Assembly: GCA_964276515.1 (NCBI GenBank)
Contig: OZ193910.1
Span: forward strand, 5,456,001 to 5,520,000
DNA length: 64,000 nucleotides
DNA from: Gordius albopunctatus
Taxonomy: Eukaryota
Direction of reading: 5' to 3'
The position numbers and the translations under genes were made by a program. Shown piece after piece: positions 1 to 12,707 of this stretch. The notes under the pieces are model-generated. The model made no database searches. It saw only the letters and a list, made by a program, of their open reading frames with translations, and was not told the DNA's origin. Position 1 is the stretch's first letter; every line of letters begins with the position of its first letter.

Positions 1-580
1 CTTTATTACACAAACTTTTTAAAGATTTAGCGGGACACGACATCTCATGAAAATATAAAGATATGAATTGATTCATAAAGATAACATTATATGGAAAGTG
101 TGACTAAAAGACTATAAATAAATTTGAACTATAGAAAATTAAATTTTAATGTTCTAGCAAATTATAATAATTGTATCAAATTCACTGTGTTTGTCAACTA
201 TATAAAGACTTAGAAAATAATAAGTTCACTTATAGTTGACTTCTTGGTTGCATAATTTAGCAAATTGAGACTCAACCCTGGCTAAAGCTTCAAAGTAGAC
301 CTTGACATATTTAAGGCAAACGTTTAAGTCCATTATTATAGGATTAAGAACATAAGGTTTTAAACTTAAAATTAAAGTACACGTATTTGAATTTATGACA
401 AAAATCATTATAATCAAATTAATATTCCAAATGATTACTTTCCAATTGTAACTAACTTTGCCATTAAATAGTTATATATTGAATACTATAGGTTCGTGTA
501 TTTATTTTATATGTCACAATTATGGAAATATAGTAAATTTAAATGCACCTGCCAACCCAGCTTATAATGTTAGTTGAAGC

Positions 581-784
581 TATTGTTGCTAAAGCGGCTG
601 GGTTATATTTGGTCGACCTTTGGTTTTAGTCGACTAAACATAAACAGATCAAAGGTTTTTTGGTTTAATTTTCGGAGTCTACCTCTAGGCTTAGTCAAAA
701 TTTGAAAAACAGACTTGAGCTAATTGTTAATCTTAGTTAAACTAAAGGTCGACCACACAAAACCCAGCCGTTTTTGCAACACTA
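581..784. mobile_element. hAT-type MITE with ~45-bp imperfect TIRs and 8-bp TSD
   Basis: Left end TATTGTTGCTAAAGCGGCTGGGTT...GGTCGACCTTTGGT matches the reverse complement of the right end (ACTAAAGGTCGACC...ACCCAGCCGTTTTTGCAACACTA); GTTGAAGC duplicated at 573-580 and 785-792. Related right ends near 60244 and 63966. Confidence 0.85.
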
Positions 785-1839
785 GTTGAAGCATAAAAAC
801 TTCTAGAAAACTCATGATTTAGAATTAATCTCATACGGTGTCAATAATTACTCTATTGTAGTTTTGAAATCGTTAGCCAGGTGCTCAAAAATCTCGAGCC
901 ACTTTAGCTTAACTTGTTTAATTATTCAAACTGATTGACCACCAATTTATAATTACCGCATTATGCAGGATGAGTAACTGCGAAATTCAAATATGCTTTA
1001 GTAATATTTATTATTCCATCAGAACTCATTTTAAGCCTAAAATTTTGTAATATTTAACAATACTATGGATACAAATATACTTAGGTAAATGATTGCCAAA
1101 TTTTAATTTATTTGCAAAAATATATGTAAAATTTACTACACTTAGGAAATTTTTACTATTAAATATATTCCATACATATTGATCTACACTTAATACCTTA
1201 AATGTAAATCATGCAATTAAAATACACAATTTAATAGAATCTAACATTAAATAAAAAGTAGAGATCTCGCCGAAAAAATTTCGTATCGTTTCGTCTTGAC
1301 ATCAAAATTTTCGTCTCGTCTCCCGAGATTTTTCTCGGTTTTTTCGCATCACTAGTTGCGATACATCGACAGGCTTTGAATAGCTTCATTTTACGCAACA
1401 AATTATTAATTTTCCCCCCAACTCAGTAGGTCCTGTTCTTCTCCCCGATCTCCTCACTCAAGATCACTATTACCAACGCATTTATTAGTCCTTATATATG
1501 TATTATCGCGGACGATCGTCGCCTTCGTCCATTGTGAAAAATATATTGGATTCACCTCTTGTATTGTGGTCAGACACCAATAAACCCGATTTTAACCTCT
1601 TTAACCGTGTGAACATAAAAAGAAGACGAAAAGGATTTAAATTGATTTTGTAAGACCCATTTGATATAAATAGTCAAAGAGGCCTGGACAAAAATTGTTA
1701 ACCGATTTTCATAAAATTTTTTCAGAAAAATGTTCTTGTCCACAGTGTTTATCAAAGGAAAAAAATTATAGCAACACAGTTGATAGATTTTTTGTAATAA
1801 GGGTTCAAAAAAAAGACAACTCGTATAAATTCTAAAAAT

Positions 1840-3254
1840 GACCGGGGTTAAGGCGTCCTTCAGAAGGGGCTATCGCGTCCTCTCTTATATTAAGTCCTAA
1901 AACTTTAAAATATTTATTTGCATGTGCTTAAATTGCCAAAATATTAAATGTAGATAGTTTTTTGCAACTTATAAAATTTAATATCATTATTTAAATGTCT
2001 TTTATCTATGATTTTTATCTTAAAATATGATATAGACTAAGTGCATGGCATAAATTGCAAAAACATAAGTTTATACAGGCTTTGTAAATTTTCAAATAAT
2101 AATTTTATTAGAGGATATTTGTGTTTTTTATGTTAAAATTAATGACTTAAGTGAATTTGCCTAAATTTTTATATATTATAAAGTTTATAACAAAGCTTTA
2201 TAAAATGATTTAATAAAAGTGCCTTTTCTAAGATTTTTGTTTTAGAATCAATGGTTTAAATGCTTTATTGATACCAAAATGTCATATATAAAGTTGATAA
2301 TTATTAAAAATGGAATTAAGATATACAATAATTGCATATAAACAAAATATCATGATTGCAACATGAGCAATGAGCCCATAAGGAGCATTTCCTGCAGCTA
2401 TACCAGTCTTCATTATTGTGATTGTTTTTATAGTCTTTACCACATCAATACATGAATGTGTTTGATGGTTATCAAGAATAAGTAAAACTTTTTTTGTTTT
2501 ATTAGGTTTGGCATACTTGATAAAATGATGCAGGAAAAAGATGGAAACATAAGTTCATACAGGCTTTATAAAGTTTCAAATGATAATTTTATTATCAGAT
2601 ATTTGTGTTTTTTATGTTAAAATTAATGACTTAAGTGAATTTGCTTAAATTGTAAAAATACTAAAAAGTTTATAACATATTAATATAAAGCTTTATAAAA
2701 TGATTTAAGAAAAGTGCCTTTCCTAAGATTTTTGTTTTAGAATCAATGATTTAAATGCTTTATTGATACCAAAATGTCTTATTAAGTTGATAATTATCAA
2801 AAATGGAATTAAGATATACAATTATTGCACCATATTAAATAATGAATGAGTAAAAGGGAAACGATAGCCCCGGCCGCGATAGCCCCAGCATGATCATTGC
2901 ACTTTAAGTTGTTTTTATAGATGATTAAACTCGTCAAATTTATAAATTTACACATAAATATAGTAAAAGAGTCAATACTTATTACTTTAGTATATGTTTA
3001 AAGTTGGCGGAACAATTAATTTTTGAATAATTGACAAAATTGGAAAATTTAAAAAAAGACGTTTTAGCCCCGAAAAATCTTATTTTCTGCATATTTTTTT
3101 TGTAACAAAAGTTAACCCAAATATTTTTTGTGCCTAATATGTGCCTTAATAAAGTACATTTAAGATTAAACTTTGAGGTTAAAATAAGCATAAATGACAA
3201 AATTAATTGAGAGGACGTGTATAGCCCCGGTAAAGGAATAGCCCCGGTCTCCCC
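1840..3254. mobile_element. Degenerate Tc1/mariner-pogo-type non-autonomous element (GGGGAGACCGGGG TIR family)
   Basis: Right TIR CCCCGGTCTCCCC followed by TA at 3242-3256; partial left end GACCGGGG at 1840; subterminal GGGGCTA/TAGCCCC motifs; same TIR as 8071-8947. Confidence 0.55.
2061..2829 (+). repeat. ~280-bp imperfect direct repeat (2061-2336 and 2545-2829)
   Basis: Both copies run AAACATAAGT...AATGACTTAAGTGAATTTGC...GGAATTAAGATATACAAT.ATTGCA. Confidence 0.85.
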
Positions 3255-3555
3255 TACTTGAGCACACAAATCAGAGGCGTTGCCAAGGAAGGGGTCCTAA
3301 AATTTATACACTTACCGTCTAAAATAAAAATGTTTTGCCCTTCATAGAAACTCAACTTTTATAAATATATACACACACATATAACTTTATTTGGTAATTT
3401 AGCTTTGAATTTAAAATAAAATATAAGACTTTTATTTGGGTTTATTCATTTTCTTCCTAACGCTAAAGTTTAAAGCTAAATGAGCATAAGAAATTTTTTT
3501 GAGATCTAAATCATTATCTCTGTTTTACAAAATTATCAGCGAATAAATTATTTCT

Positions 3556-6500
3556 CTACTTACGACGATCACAAGTCCGTGCGCAAAAAGTGAAGAGTTG
3601 GCCTAAGGTCAGAAACCGGGCGTAAAATGATAATAATTTCAAACAAAACCTTAAACAGAAAGCTAGGGCACCCTCCACAAACGATGCTCACTACATCTCC
3701 TACCCATGCAATGTGAAAAATCAATGTGAAAAATACACTAGAGTCACTGCCTGACTCACAACGAAGGCGGTTAAGGAAATTAGTTATGGAAAGAATGCAA
3801 ATAACCTGCTGAAATGTTGGAAAGTTGACGGAAAAAAGCATCGAGATCGCACAAATGCTAAAAAAGAAAGGTACACATCGTCTGCCTACAAGATACGAGG
3901 TGGAACGAAACCAAAACTCAAGAGTTAGGAGAAGGATACAAACTTCTACAGTGTCACCAAATCGTAGAAACGGCGTCAGTATCGTTCTAAGAAAATGGTT
4001 CAAGGAAAAGGTGGTGGAAGTCAAACGTTGTTTAGACAGGTTAATGTGAGTTAAGATTGCAGATCAAGGGGGCCTTCTAACCGTTATATGCGCGTATGCC
4101 TCCCAAATTGAGTACATAGAATTAGAGAAAGACATTTTCTTCTATTCATTTTAAAACAAGGAATATGACGGGAACAAAGGCTAATTATTGGAGCGGATTT
4201 CAACGCTCATGTAGGGAAAGATCGTCCACTTGTGATAAATTTTGAAAAAAGGTGTTTCCCGAGAGAATAAGGGTTTATTAAACATGAATTCGATACAAAA
4301 CGCTAAAGAATACGTCGACGACGATAAATACCATCAGAAAGCCTCTAAACCCTAGGGGACTCGGAAGTTGCAAAGGAACGTAGACGACGGTTGGGAGATG
4401 CTAAAGGACTTAAAGAAAACAAATGAGGCAAAGCCATGAATAGGGAACTTGGTGGTGGGATGAATTGATTAAGAATTTTATCAAAAGAAAAAAAAATTTC
4501 TATAGACGGAGGCTTGGAGGATAATAAAAATAGATGGATGCAAAAGACGCGCACAAAAGGCCGTTGCTATAGCGAAGAATGGAGCGTATACCGTAGTGCA
4601 AACAAACTGGATCATTAAAAGGGATAGGCATATGTACAATTGGTCAAGAAAGGTGGCGATTTCGGAGTTATTTAAATAATTAAAAACGAGAAGGGTCAAA
4701 TTTCAAGCCAAAGAAGGTGATGGAAAGGTGTAAAAGATATTTTAAGAGACTTATGAATAGTGCGATTAACCAATATTCCTTACCCGATATTGAGGCAAAC
4801 ATATGTATCATCGAACTCTTTCAGGAGGATGAAGTTAAGACACAAATGAACATGACTAAAAGTAAAAGCTTATGGCCAAGATGGAATACCTATAGAAGCA
4901 TTGTTTTGATGCCGTGAAGAAGGAGTCCCGACGAACCTCTTTAACAAGATATTGGTAGAAGAGCAAATTCCTAATCAAAGGAGAGCAAGCACGATTATAT
5001 CCTTATTTAAAGACCAAGGAGACTCTCAGGATTCTCACAATTAAAGAGGTATCAAACTAATTTGCCACTCCTTGAAGCTTGTGGAAAGGATCTTAGTAAC
5101 AAGGCTAAAAAATGAGCTGGAAATATTGGCTAACCAATTCGGATTTATAGCCGAAAAATCCACAATCGACCCAATCTTCGCACTAAGACAAGTGATGGAT
5201 AAATATTGTGAAAAGAGAAGAGACCTACATAATATCTTTATCGACTTGGAGAAAGCTTATGACACGGTCCCTCGCTATTTAATATGGTGGTGTCTGAGGA
5301 AACAAATTATCCCTGACGCATATATACGGCTTATGAAATATGAAGTCTCAAATTCGTGCGTAAGAACAACAGTTTGAGACTTTAAACCTTTTGCGTTAGA
5401 ATTGGATTACATCATGGATATATTCCAAGTCCCTTTATTAATATAAATATAGACACGACAACGAGAGACATTCAAAGCCTTCGCCATGGTGAATGCTATA
5501 TGCCGATAATATAGTACTATGCGAAGAGATAAAGGATAAAGTATCAAAGAAGCCGTAAAGTAGTCAAACCGCTCAGCTGGAATTGGTTTTTAGGTCAAAG
5601 ATCGAAAAACGCTATACTTGGAGATGAACTTACAGGCACACAATTGCTTAAGGATCATCCAAACAGAAAGTAGTAAAAAATAGGTACGTTTACTTAACTC
5701 GGCTCGATGTTACATCAAAAGGGAGGTTGCGCAATAGAAGTCAATGCCCGGATTCAAAAAGGATGCCTTAAATGGCGGAGTATATCCGGTGTAATGTGCG
5801 ACAAGAAAAGCCAATATATAAGAGCAAAGCTTAAAATCCATCGTAAGATCTGTTTTAATCTATGGAAGTGAAACTAGAGGTCTGCATGGGCCGGGCCAGC
5901 CCGCGGGCTGGGCCGGACCTAAAATAGAGCAATAAAAAAAGGGCGGGCTGGGCTTGGGCTTTGAAAAGTAAAAAAAATGGAATTTATTTAACTTTATACT
6001 ATAATTCTAATTTAGAAACAAAAAAATTCACTTATTAGCTTAACAATAAAAAAATTTAATTTTCCGAACAACAATCTGGTGGAAATCATTAAAAATGATA
6101 AAATAATAAGTTGTTTATCTGGCAAAGATTTATTGGAAAACTTGAAGACATTTAATATGCTTTCACCTTATGAAAAGGCAAGTATCGAGTTAGAAGCGCA
6201 TAAGACACCAACACTCTATAAAATATTACCCTTTTATAAAAGGCATCGCGAATTTGTTTCCATCTCCTACGTATAATGGTGATCCTGTTGCCTTAAAGAT
6301 CTACAAATTGAAGTCAAGAGCCCAAACTATGCTAATTTTAAAGTCAAATATCGATATTTATCGTAAAATATTAACCTTTCTTGTTTCTTAGTTTCGCTCG
6401 CTAGCTACCCGAATATTGAAAAAGCTTCTAAAAAAACTACGGTAACAGAATTAGAGGATTTAAGAAGATCGTGGCTCTTCAATAGATCTTCTTGCATAAG

Positions 6501-7163
6501 TCGTTTAACTAAAAGTGATCCAACTCAGGTGTGCAACACTAAGCAATTTATATTTTCTATTTGGGACGATAATGAAACGGGGAAAAAACCTGAAGATGCT
6601 AAGCTAGATGTAATTTTATGGTGGAAAGAACATCAACTTATGCTACCAAACTTAGCAAAATTAGCTGTTCAGTTTTTGTCAATTCCAGCCAACAATGCTA
6701 CGACTGAACGCACCTTCAGTAAGGCAAGTCGCCTTATAGTATAGAGAACAACGAAATTATTGCCTGATAAAATAGATAGTCTATTATTTTTAAATGACAA
6801 TATTAAATTGTAATTTTTAATTAAAACCGATTTTATTTGCTATAGCTAAATTATTTTGTGAACAATACAAAATAGTTTTTATACAAAGAACGTAGACTTG
6901 TTTATTTTTGAGATTTTTTTGCGGACCGGGTGCGGGCCAAAAAATAATATTTGTGCGGGTATGGGCTGGGCCTGAACCTAAAATTTCGGCCCATGCAGAC
7001 CTCTAAGTAAAACGTGGCCATTAAACACCACGGAAAATAAGCTATTACAAATTTTGAAGATGAGAGTAATACGGCGGAGCTTGGCGTATACTAAGTTCAA
7101 CAATATGAAGAATGACTATCTCATGACAAAAATGGGTATTCACCCTACGGCGGACATGATTAA
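3556..7163 (+). mobile_element. Degraded RTE-clade non-LTR retrotransposon (family A), interrupted by a hAT element
   Basis: 5' motif CTAC.TACGACG.TC.CAAGTCCGT shared with 24145 and 25541; APE remnants (WNVGKLTEKSIEIAQML); RT fragment NQFGFIAEKSTIDPIFALRQVMDKYCEKRRDLHNIFIDLEKAYDTVPR (5072-5377); many stops and frameshifts. Confidence 0.9.
5875..7005 (+). mobile_element. Non-autonomous hAT DNA transposon with remnant C-terminal dimerisation domain
   Basis: TIRs TAGAGGTCTGCATGGGCCG / CGGCCCATGCAGACCTCTA; 8-bp TSD AGTGAAAC (5867-5874) / AGTAAAAC (7006-7013); ORF 6529-6744 WWKEHQLMLPNLAKLAVQFLSIPANNATTERTFS matches the hATC motif. Confidence 0.92.
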
Positions 7164-7376
7164 CACTAACTAACTTCTAAAAAGTGAAACTTAATTTACA
7201 AGGCATTAATATTAGCTTTCTAGTTTGCTTGATTTATTTTAAAGGGTTTATTTCTGTTTATTTATATACCTGCGTTTTTTATACTTAATAATTTAGGTCA
7301 CTTATTGATAGCCCTGACCCTGAGCTTATTAATTAAATTCGCCTATAAACTTAGTTCAAACCACATGTGCGCATAA

Positions 7377-7984
7377 GCTACTTAACAATAACAATTTATA
7401 AGAATGATAGCGCCACGCTAGAGCTCTAGCACCTTATGTGACTATCTCCAACAGCTCTAGCGCCCTCGTGTTCCTATCTCCTACAGCTCTAGGGCCCTCG
7501 TGTTCCTATCTCCTACAGCTCTAGCGCCCTCGTGTGACTATCTCCTACAGCTCTAGCGTCCTCGTGTGACTATCTCCTACAGCTATAGCGCCCTCGTGTG
7601 AATATGTGCTATAACTGTAGCGCCCCCACGCGACTATGTGCTATAACTGTAGCGCCTCCGCGTGACTATGTGCTATAGCTTTAGCGCCTATCAAACGCTA
7701 TTTCACCATCACTACAGGTTTAATATAATTATGCTACTTAACAATAAAAAATCTTAACAATGATAGCGCCACGCTATAGCTCTAGCACCTTATGTGACTA
7801 TGTCCTACAGCTCTAGCGCCCTTGTGTTCCTATCTCCTACAGCTCTAGCGCCATTGTGTGACTATGTGCTATAACTGTAGCGCCTCCGTGTAGCTATGTG
7901 CTATAGCTGTAGCGCCTCCAAGTGACTATGCTATGTAGATGGGAGGCGCTACAAGTGCTAGTGCTAAGCGTTTCACCATCACTA
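7377..7984 (+). repeat. 32-bp minisatellite in two higher-order blocks (7377-7714, 7733-7984)
   Basis: Unit about CTATCTCCTACAGCTCTAGCGCCCTCGTGTGA, ~9 and ~6 copies; both blocks share the header GCTACTTAACAATA...ATGATAGCGCCACGCTA and the terminus TTTCACCATCACTA. Confidence 0.9.
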
Positions 7985-8070
7985 TAAACCTGGTTAAGTT
8001 CGACTATTATAATGGGTTAAGATTGTGTCTAGAGATTGTTCACATAAAACGGATGAAGGAAAATATAGGT

Positions 8071-8947
8071 AGGGGAGACCGGGGCTAGTCGTAGCCCGGG
8101 GCTACTACTATCTTTGTAATTAGTTTTTAAATTAATAATGATATATAATTAAAATTTAAACCATATGTGTATTTTTTATAAGGTATAAGTAAAAAAACTT
8201 TTGTTAATAAAAAATAAAATTTAAAATTTTTATAGAGGAAAAACGATTTTTTGGGGCTATTAGTAGCCTCGACAAAATTTTGTATTTTGTACATAAAATT
8301 TTTTTGGCTTTTTATTTTGGACTAATTTAACTTTTATCTTATAAAGATATATTTATTATATAAAAAACGTCTAATAATTAAATCTTTATTCGTAATATAA
8401 CATGTTAAATTATGGTTTGTAAATAAAAATAGGGGTCGGGGCTAGTCGGAGAGGGGCTAGTTCTAGCCATTTTTCATCGCGTAGACAAATGTCAAGATTC
8501 AAAAAACAATAATTTTGTTTAATAATAATTTATTTTAGTGTAATTTGGAATATTAATAGACTATTTAAACATTTTTTCGATTGCGGAATCTAACCTAAAT
8601 CAGATTGTCATCTTGACCCTTTTTTATTTGTATTATGCATTCTCTATGTTTTTTACAATAAAATAATCTGTTTAGTGATTTGATTTAGCATACACCAATA
8701 GGAAGTGAAAACGTAAGGAAGAATATATCCCTACGACTTCCCCCGGCATTTTTTAAATTTTTAGGATTTTTGTTTTTCTTTAAATATAATTTGTGAGAAA
8801 ACTATTAATTTTTTCAATGCGAATTTTTTTCCTATAGTAAAAATAAACCTTAAAATTACGTTCCAACAAAAAAATTAAAAAAATAATTTTTAGTTTTTTT
8901 AAAAACGCTTTTTAATTTTTTATGGCTATTTAGTCCCCGGTCTCCCC
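8071..8947. mobile_element. Tc1/mariner-pogo-type MITE with TA TSD
   Basis: TA+GGGGAGACCGGGG at 8070-8084 and CCCCGGTCTCCCC+TA at 8935-8949; internal GGGGCTAG repeats. Confidence 0.85.
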
Positions 8948-8951
8948 TATA

Positions 8952-10338
8952 CTAGCTGACCCGGCAAACTTTGTTTTGCTGTATACATTATTTCTAGAAA
9001 ATACTATAAGTGATGTGCATGCTCATCGTTATGCCTCGATCATATAATGAGCGATTAAAATATAATTGTCCTATGGGAAATAATTCACGAACTTAATGTA
9101 GGAAGAATTAACACGCTAAATACAAAATATAAACACATAAAGCATAGTACTTAACATCAAATTTTTTATTGCTTTGCTTTACACATTTTACCAATATAAA
9201 TATACTGTCAAATAAATTAATACATGCCTAAAGAATCATTTGATTTGTAAATTGCTACAGGTTTTTTTTTTATTAAAGGTGCTAAAAACTTTTTTTGGTC
9301 CTGCCGCAAAATCACGATTCTGGCAAATGGCCGTTTTCGGACTTCAATCAAAACCCCAACCCGACCTGAAAATCTGTTTTATTTTTGCGTCTGAACATAT
9401 TTTAGCGCGTCCAGCTTTTCACTTATTTAGGCAAACTACAATTCTGCTTACACCAGCTTAGAAACTTTAGGTATATCATTGGCCGCCAACCGAGCTTTAT
9501 TTGCAATAGGGTCTCATTGTTATCATGTTTTGCTGATATATTGTGTAGTTTAAGCCAACAGGTACCATTATAGCCCGACCCTCTACCCCCAATTTGCCCT
9601 CCGTTAATTTTTACTATTGCTTAAATTGCATAGCAAATGAATGCTCCCATACGAATTTAGTACATATTCGTCTGCTTATAATTAGTGCCTATTATTCACA
9701 TAACTAATTTTAGTTGGTAAGATACAACACGCTATCTCATTTGCGTAAGCGCCTTCATCGGTTTGTAAACATTAACCAAATTAAATTAAATCACACCTAC
9801 AACATCAACATTTATTGGCACTTTGTTAAAAGTATTCTCATTTTTCTCCTTATTTAACGCGCAAAAAATGACAAAATTAGATTTTTAATTTATTTGGCCA
9901 CACAGGAGGGGACACGGGGTCCTATAATAATAATTGAAGTAAAAAATAAGCAAAAATAGACTTTGATTTAATGTTTCAAATCGTAAAAAGTTTCCATTTT
10001 CCGCAGCACATGCCTACATTTATCACACTACACTACCTACACGCATGACGTTCTAGAAAATACTATAAGTGATACACTTTTATTTAAGAACTGTATATTC
10101 AAATTTTTAAAGCAGACGATAAATACGCCTTACGTCATGAGGTTGCTTTTGATTGACATTTTATCAAACGTATAAAACAAAATAACTGGACCGTCTTATC
10201 ACTTAGAGATTTGGAATAAAGTTTAAAACCTAGGCTCAGACCTACCAAATATTCGCAGAAATTTCCATAAAAATCGGTCCAGTCGTTTCGGAGGAGTTTA
10301 ACCACCCACAACGTGACACGAAAATTTTATAAATTAGA
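8952..10338 (-). mobile_element. Non-autonomous Helitron-like element carrying a ~1-kb nested insert
   Basis: Minus strand begins TCTAATTTATAAAATTTTCGTGTCACG and ends ...AAAGTTTGCCGGGTCAGCTAG, inserted between A and T, matching Helitron 5'-TC and CTAG-3' termini. Confidence 0.7.
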
Positions 10339-10469
10339 TTAATCCCGAGTTATTGAACGGTTTGATAAAGATCTAAGTGATTTCATTAATTAATTCTAGG
10401 TTTTGAGGACAAAGTCATGAATTATATTACAAGAATAAAGGTTAATTCTTTGGCTAGGCGTTAGGACAT

Positions 10470-12065
10470 GCCAAAAAGCACGACTTGGTCACTTTCAAAA
10501 GTGGTACAACATAGCTAACACGGTACGATCAGTAGCGATATGTGTTCTAGGAGAAGGTAAACCAGGTATAAAAAAAGATAAGGAGAGATGGTGGTGGGAC
10601 GAAGACGTGCAACGCCTGGTCAAGTTAAAAAGAAAGCTTTACAAATTATGGTCAGGCAACAGAAATGAGGAACTCTGATTGACATATGTGAAAGCTAAAA
10701 ATGAGGCAAAACGTTGTATAGCCGAGGCTAAAACAGAGGTCTAAGAGAATTTGAATGCCAAGTTAACCAGTAAAGAAGGGGAAAGAATGATCTACAAAAT
10801 CGAAAGACCAGGGTAAGAAACTCAAAATATGTGGTACACGTAAAAACTATAAAGAGCAAAGATGGCATCACTCTAACTCTGGACCATCTAATCATAGATC
10901 GTTGGGAAAAATACTATAAAGAATTATTAAACAGTGAAAATGTGTTTTCGCACCACTGCGAAAGCAAGACCTATGAATATGACCCAGAGTTAGAAGTGAC
11001 AGAGGAAGAGGTTGATCAGGTGCTTAAAAAAATGACCATGGGTAGAGCGGTGAGACCTGATAATATAGCTATGGAAGCTTTTAAAATGCTAGGACCCTTA
11101 GGTGTACATCTACTTGCAAAGCTGTTCAACAAAATACTTGCAAGTGGTATGATGCCTGATGAGTGGAGGGAAAGCTATGTTATACCTATCTATAAATTGA
11201 AAGGAGATGTACAAGAATGCAACAACTATCGAGGGATAAAGTTAACGGGTCACGTAATGAAGGTGTGGGAAAAGGTTATAGAAGCTAGACTCCGAAAAAT
11301 AATAGCAATAGATGAACGAAAATTTGGGTTCATGCCTAGAAAGTCGACTTCAGATGCAATACATGGTCTTAGGAGACTTATGGAATTATATAAGGAAAAA
11401 CAAAAGGATCTTCATATGTGTTTCATTGATCTTGAGAAAGCTTTCGATAAAGTGCCAAGGCAGTTGATATGGGATAGCCTGAGTTTCAATTGGGTACCCG
11501 AGGCTTATATAATGTTAATAAAAGATATGTATAAAAACGCAAAAACCAAAGTACGGACATCCAGTGGTACATAAAAGGGATTCAGTCTAAATGTCGGTGT
11601 GCATCAAGGATCGGCCCTAAGTCCATTGCTCTTCATTACAATAATGGAGTTGATAACAAAGAACCTGAAACGCGAATCACCTTGGGCAATGCTCTTTGCG
11701 GATGATATCGTCCTGTGCGCAGGCTCAAACGTAGAATTAGCAGAACATGTAAAAGTGTGGATGGAACGAATTGAAAGCAAAGGCCTTAGGGTTAACCGAG
11801 ATTAAACGGAATATGTATGCTTGGAGTCGGGGAATGAATACAAAGAAGCACACCTGCAAATCAATGACTGGTGTTTAAGCAGCAAGAAAGAATTCAAATA
11901 TCTTGGTTCTAGGGTACAATGTGATGGAAGTGTGGAAAACGAAATTAAGGCAAGAATAAACGCAGGCTGGCTAAAATTCAGGGAGTTGAGTGGTTTCCTA
12001 TGTGACAAGCACATACCACTTAAATTAAAAGGACTGTTATATAACACCGTTATTGTACCCACGGT
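10470..12065 (+). mobile_element. RTE-clade non-LTR retrotransposon fragment (family B), RT domain, pseudogenised
   Basis: ORFs 10831-11574, 11599-11805 and 11821-12065 carry YKLKGDVQECNNYRGIKL, FIDLEKAFDKVPR, HQGSALSPLLF, LFADDI, FKYLGS; stops between segments; ends at a MITE insertion. Confidence 0.93.
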
Positions 12066-12707
12066 TAGAGCCCTGCACGGGTTGTCCAAAGCCCGACCCG
12101 ATCGGATTTCAGGCCGGGCAGAATTTAAAGAAACAATCGGACTTGGGTCGGGCCTGATGAGGCGGCCCGACTTAGGGCCCGAGCCCGGCTCGATATGACT
12201 AAAGCAAACTAATCTTTTATAAAATATGATTTAAACAAACTCAAGTCGATATTAAATAATTATCTTCGTACACCATACACAATATAGCTTCCAAACTTCA
12301 GCCTTTTCCCCCTGTCTATAACATTTTTACCTAAATTGCAAATCTTATTCTAGTATTTAAATAAATTCATAGTAGCTATTACTTTAGAAATTAAATAAGG
12401 AATTTTTTAAAAAAGTTTTTTATTTGGAACTGTCAGATAAAAAATATTTTATACAGTTAGATCGCAAGTTTTAAATTATTAGCTAAATAAATTGTAGCGA
12501 GTGAAAATGAAAATTTTATTTTAAACTTATTCTAGTTGTAAATTACGATTAATAACAATTTAATGCATTAAGTATTTATATGGAAAAATAATTTTCAAAA
12601 ATTCTAAAATAAATTTTTAAAAATTTTAATATGAGGAATCCGGTCGGGCCAAAAATAAGAAAGTCTTTCGGGCTCGGGCAGAAAAAATTTCATTTTGCAG
12701 GGCTCTA
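12066..12707 (+). mobile_element. hAT-type MITE (TAGAGCCCTGCA TIR family)
   Basis: TIRs TAGAGCCCTGCA / TGCAGGGCTCTA, CCCGA-type subterminal repeats; left flank CCCACGGT, right TSD missing; close match to the reverse complement of 44232-44926. Confidence 0.9.

Noticed and set aside
3569..4024. Antisense ORFs over retroelements and genes (e.g. 3569-4024, 38082-38468, 45636-45890, 62292-62618)
   Set aside because: Shadow frames of real coding strands with no motifs of their own.
7404..7930. CRISPR-like array
   Set aside because: The 32-bp units are contiguous with no unique spacers, there are no cas genes and the context is eukaryotic; it is a minisatellite.
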